DNA of 53,380 bases, from contig NC_068994.1 in the NCBI RefSeq assembly GCF_001194135.2, positions 45,670,323 to 45,723,702 of the forward strand. The letters run 5' to 3'. Source of the stretch: Octopus bimaculoides. Taxonomy: Eukaryota. Both the position numbers and the translations under genes were made by a program. The number at the start of each line of letters is the position of its first letter. The stretch's first letter is position 1. Below the pieces are notes generated by a model, which saw nothing but the letters and a program-made list of their open reading frames with translations, did not search any database and was not told where the DNA came from. Shown piece by piece: positions 51,326-53,380 of this stretch.

Positions 51326-51354
51326 AATACACATGAACATGTGTATAGAACAAG

Positions 51355-51500
51355 TTCCACTGTGTGGTTAAGATGATCGCTTTGTAGCCAGGTGGTTTCG
51401 AGTTCAGTCCCACTGCGTGGCATATTGAGCAACTTTAACCCGAACCAAGTAGTGGCTTGCAAATGAATATGGTAGGCAAAATGTGTGTAGGAGCCTATCA
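51355..51500 (+). mobile_element. SINE-like family B head, decayed
   Basis: ctgtgtggttaag..gagttcagtcccactgcgtggca..ttgagcaa. Confidence 0.65.
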
Positions 51501-52308
51501 TATATATATATATATATACNNNNNNNNNNGGCAAAATGTGTGTAGGAGCCTATCATATATATATATATATATACCAGCGGGGTAGCTTTATCTGAAAACT
51601 AAAACGGTGCGAGTTGCGTTGTGATCGGCGATGTATATGATCTTCCGATAGTCTGGTCAATACCGTGATACCGCGTGAATTTATCCTGTGAATCTACCAG
51701 CGCAAGAACAAAATTTAATGTAAGAATTACCACTTTTGTTTACATTACCATCACACATGTATCGATTATTTTCGCATCTTAACCGATGCATCTATCTATA
51801 TTCGCATTCAGTAAATTGAAACGATCGTAAGTGCTACCTTCATCACTGCTTCTTCCTTCATTGTTATCTAATTAATTAAAGACATACCAGCAAAATCCAC
51901 GAGTTTTCCAATGTTATTATATCCATTTTCTTCTCATATATATATNNNNNNNNNNNNNNNNNNNNNNNNNNNNNNNNNNNNNNNNNNNNNNNNNNNNNNN
52001 NNNNNNNNNNNNNNNNNNNNNNNNNNNNNNNNNNNNNNNNNNNNNNNNNNNNNNNNNNNNNNNNNNNNNNNNNNNNNNNNNNNNNNNNNNNNNNNNNNNN
52101 NNNNNNNNNNNNNNNNNNNNNNNNNNNNNNNNNNNNNNNNNNNNNNNNNNNNNNNNNNNNNNNNNNNNNNNNNNNNNNNNNNNNNNNNNNNNNNNNNNNN
52201 NNNNNNNNNNNNNNNNNNNNNNNNNNNNNNNNNNNNNNNNTTTGTGTTATGAAATTAATATCAGCAATAAATATGTTAGTGCTTCTATATATGTCTGTCT
52301 GTGTGTAC

Positions 52309-52360
<52 letters not shown>

Positions 52361-53380
52361 TATTTATTAATTAAAATAATTCGTGACAAACAACCGTCTT
52401 AGTTTTTCATTCAGTAGAATTTGTCAAACGTTTGACAAGTTCTATCGTACGAAACAAATAGTTATTTGCCACGAATCATTTTAATTAAGAAATAAATATT
52501 TATTCTCGGCGTCACACAACGTCTTCTTGACTCATTTGTTTCATAGTGACTACTTGACTACTGCTTTCATTAGTACCCATTTGCACACGCTCACACACGC
52601 ACACATGCAGGCATACAAACATACGCACGCACACACACACACACAAATAGAGAGGTAGATTGATAAATACACAGATAGATAGTGAGAAATACAGAGAGAG
52701 AGTTAATGTTCGTTTTTATGTTTAGTTACAATATAAACAATTTTACATTAATCTGAGGAGTTACTCTATAATTCGAAGTCACTATGAACAACAAGAATGT
52801 TGTTGACAGTGACTTTGAATTTTCGGCCAGTTAAGCCATCGTTGGATTGCATAGTTTGATTAAAGAAGTATATGAATCATAACATCAAAGCTAGTAGTTA
52901 GGTAGTACTTTTTATTCTTTATGAAAATTTCTAGCGAAATGTGTTGAATTATTTACTTAAAAAATTCGTTGATAATACTTATTGTTTTGAAAGTGTTGTA
53001 CTTACACTATTTTTTCTTTCGCTGAACGGCTAGGTTACGTTGACATAAACAAAGAAACACTGATTGGGAAGTAGTGGTGAGACAGACACAAAGACCATAA
53101 TTTGATGTCGGATTGTTTCCCTTACACAATAGACGCCAAGCCGGTTAAACCTTTGATCCGTTACATATTTAATTATGACACATAAAATTCTGTCGATCTA
53201 ATCCGGAACGGAGACGTCATTGTCTCCGTTTTTCTGATCGTTTGCTCATATATTTTACTGTGCGTGAATATCTGAGAAATGATGCAGAGAATCACTGATT
53301 CACAATGAATATCAACTCGTCACCATAAAATGATTGCTCTAGTCTTTTGTTTGCGCACATACATAAATGCGCGTATATAT

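Noticed and set aside
51474-51573. Duplicated ggcaaaatgtgtgtaggagcctatcat(at)n
   Set aside because: It flanks the 10-N gap at 51520-51529, so it is an assembly artefact
52753-52795. CTGAGGA...CGAAG as a hammerhead candidate
   Set aside because: It lacks GAAA, and stem II is out of register with the core
53207-53230. 9-bp stem hairpin aacggagac-gtcatt-gtctccgtt followed by T-run
   Set aside because: It resembles a bacterial intrinsic terminator, but that has no meaning in this eukaryotic context and short stems arise by chance

Overview
AT-rich eukaryotic intergenic or intronic DNA from a gapped short-read assembly. It is saturated with microsatellites ((TA)n, (CA)n, (GA)n, (TATC)n, (AAT)n, (AAG)n, (GTA)n), and most N-gaps abut (TA)n tracts. 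The repeat style resembles octopus (coleoid cephalopod) genomes; this is inferred from my recollection of such repeats, not from a database search. I cannot identify a host protein-coding gene, and nearly all ORFs in the track are translations of microsatellites or gaps. The window is dominated by mobile-element relics. These are two multi-copy SINE-like families (A and B, each in several copies on both strands), a non-autonomous Helitron with intact termini (27271-28173), a Mariner-type MITE, short foldback elements and decayed non-LTR retroelement fragments. The fragments include an RTE-type 3' end with two C2H2 fingers (13232-13529, minus strand) and Penelope-like relics. The most intriguing spot is a ~113-bp-arm foldback (31024-31301) whose loop carries a degenerate minimal hammerhead-ribozyme-like core. 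It lies next to a Penelope-like RT relic and an inverted SINE pair. Other oddities are a cryptic 28-bp degenerate tandem array (9490-10075), a 184-bp-period duplication and a perfect 20-bp x5 minisatellite. I find no evidence for a coherent novel gene system.
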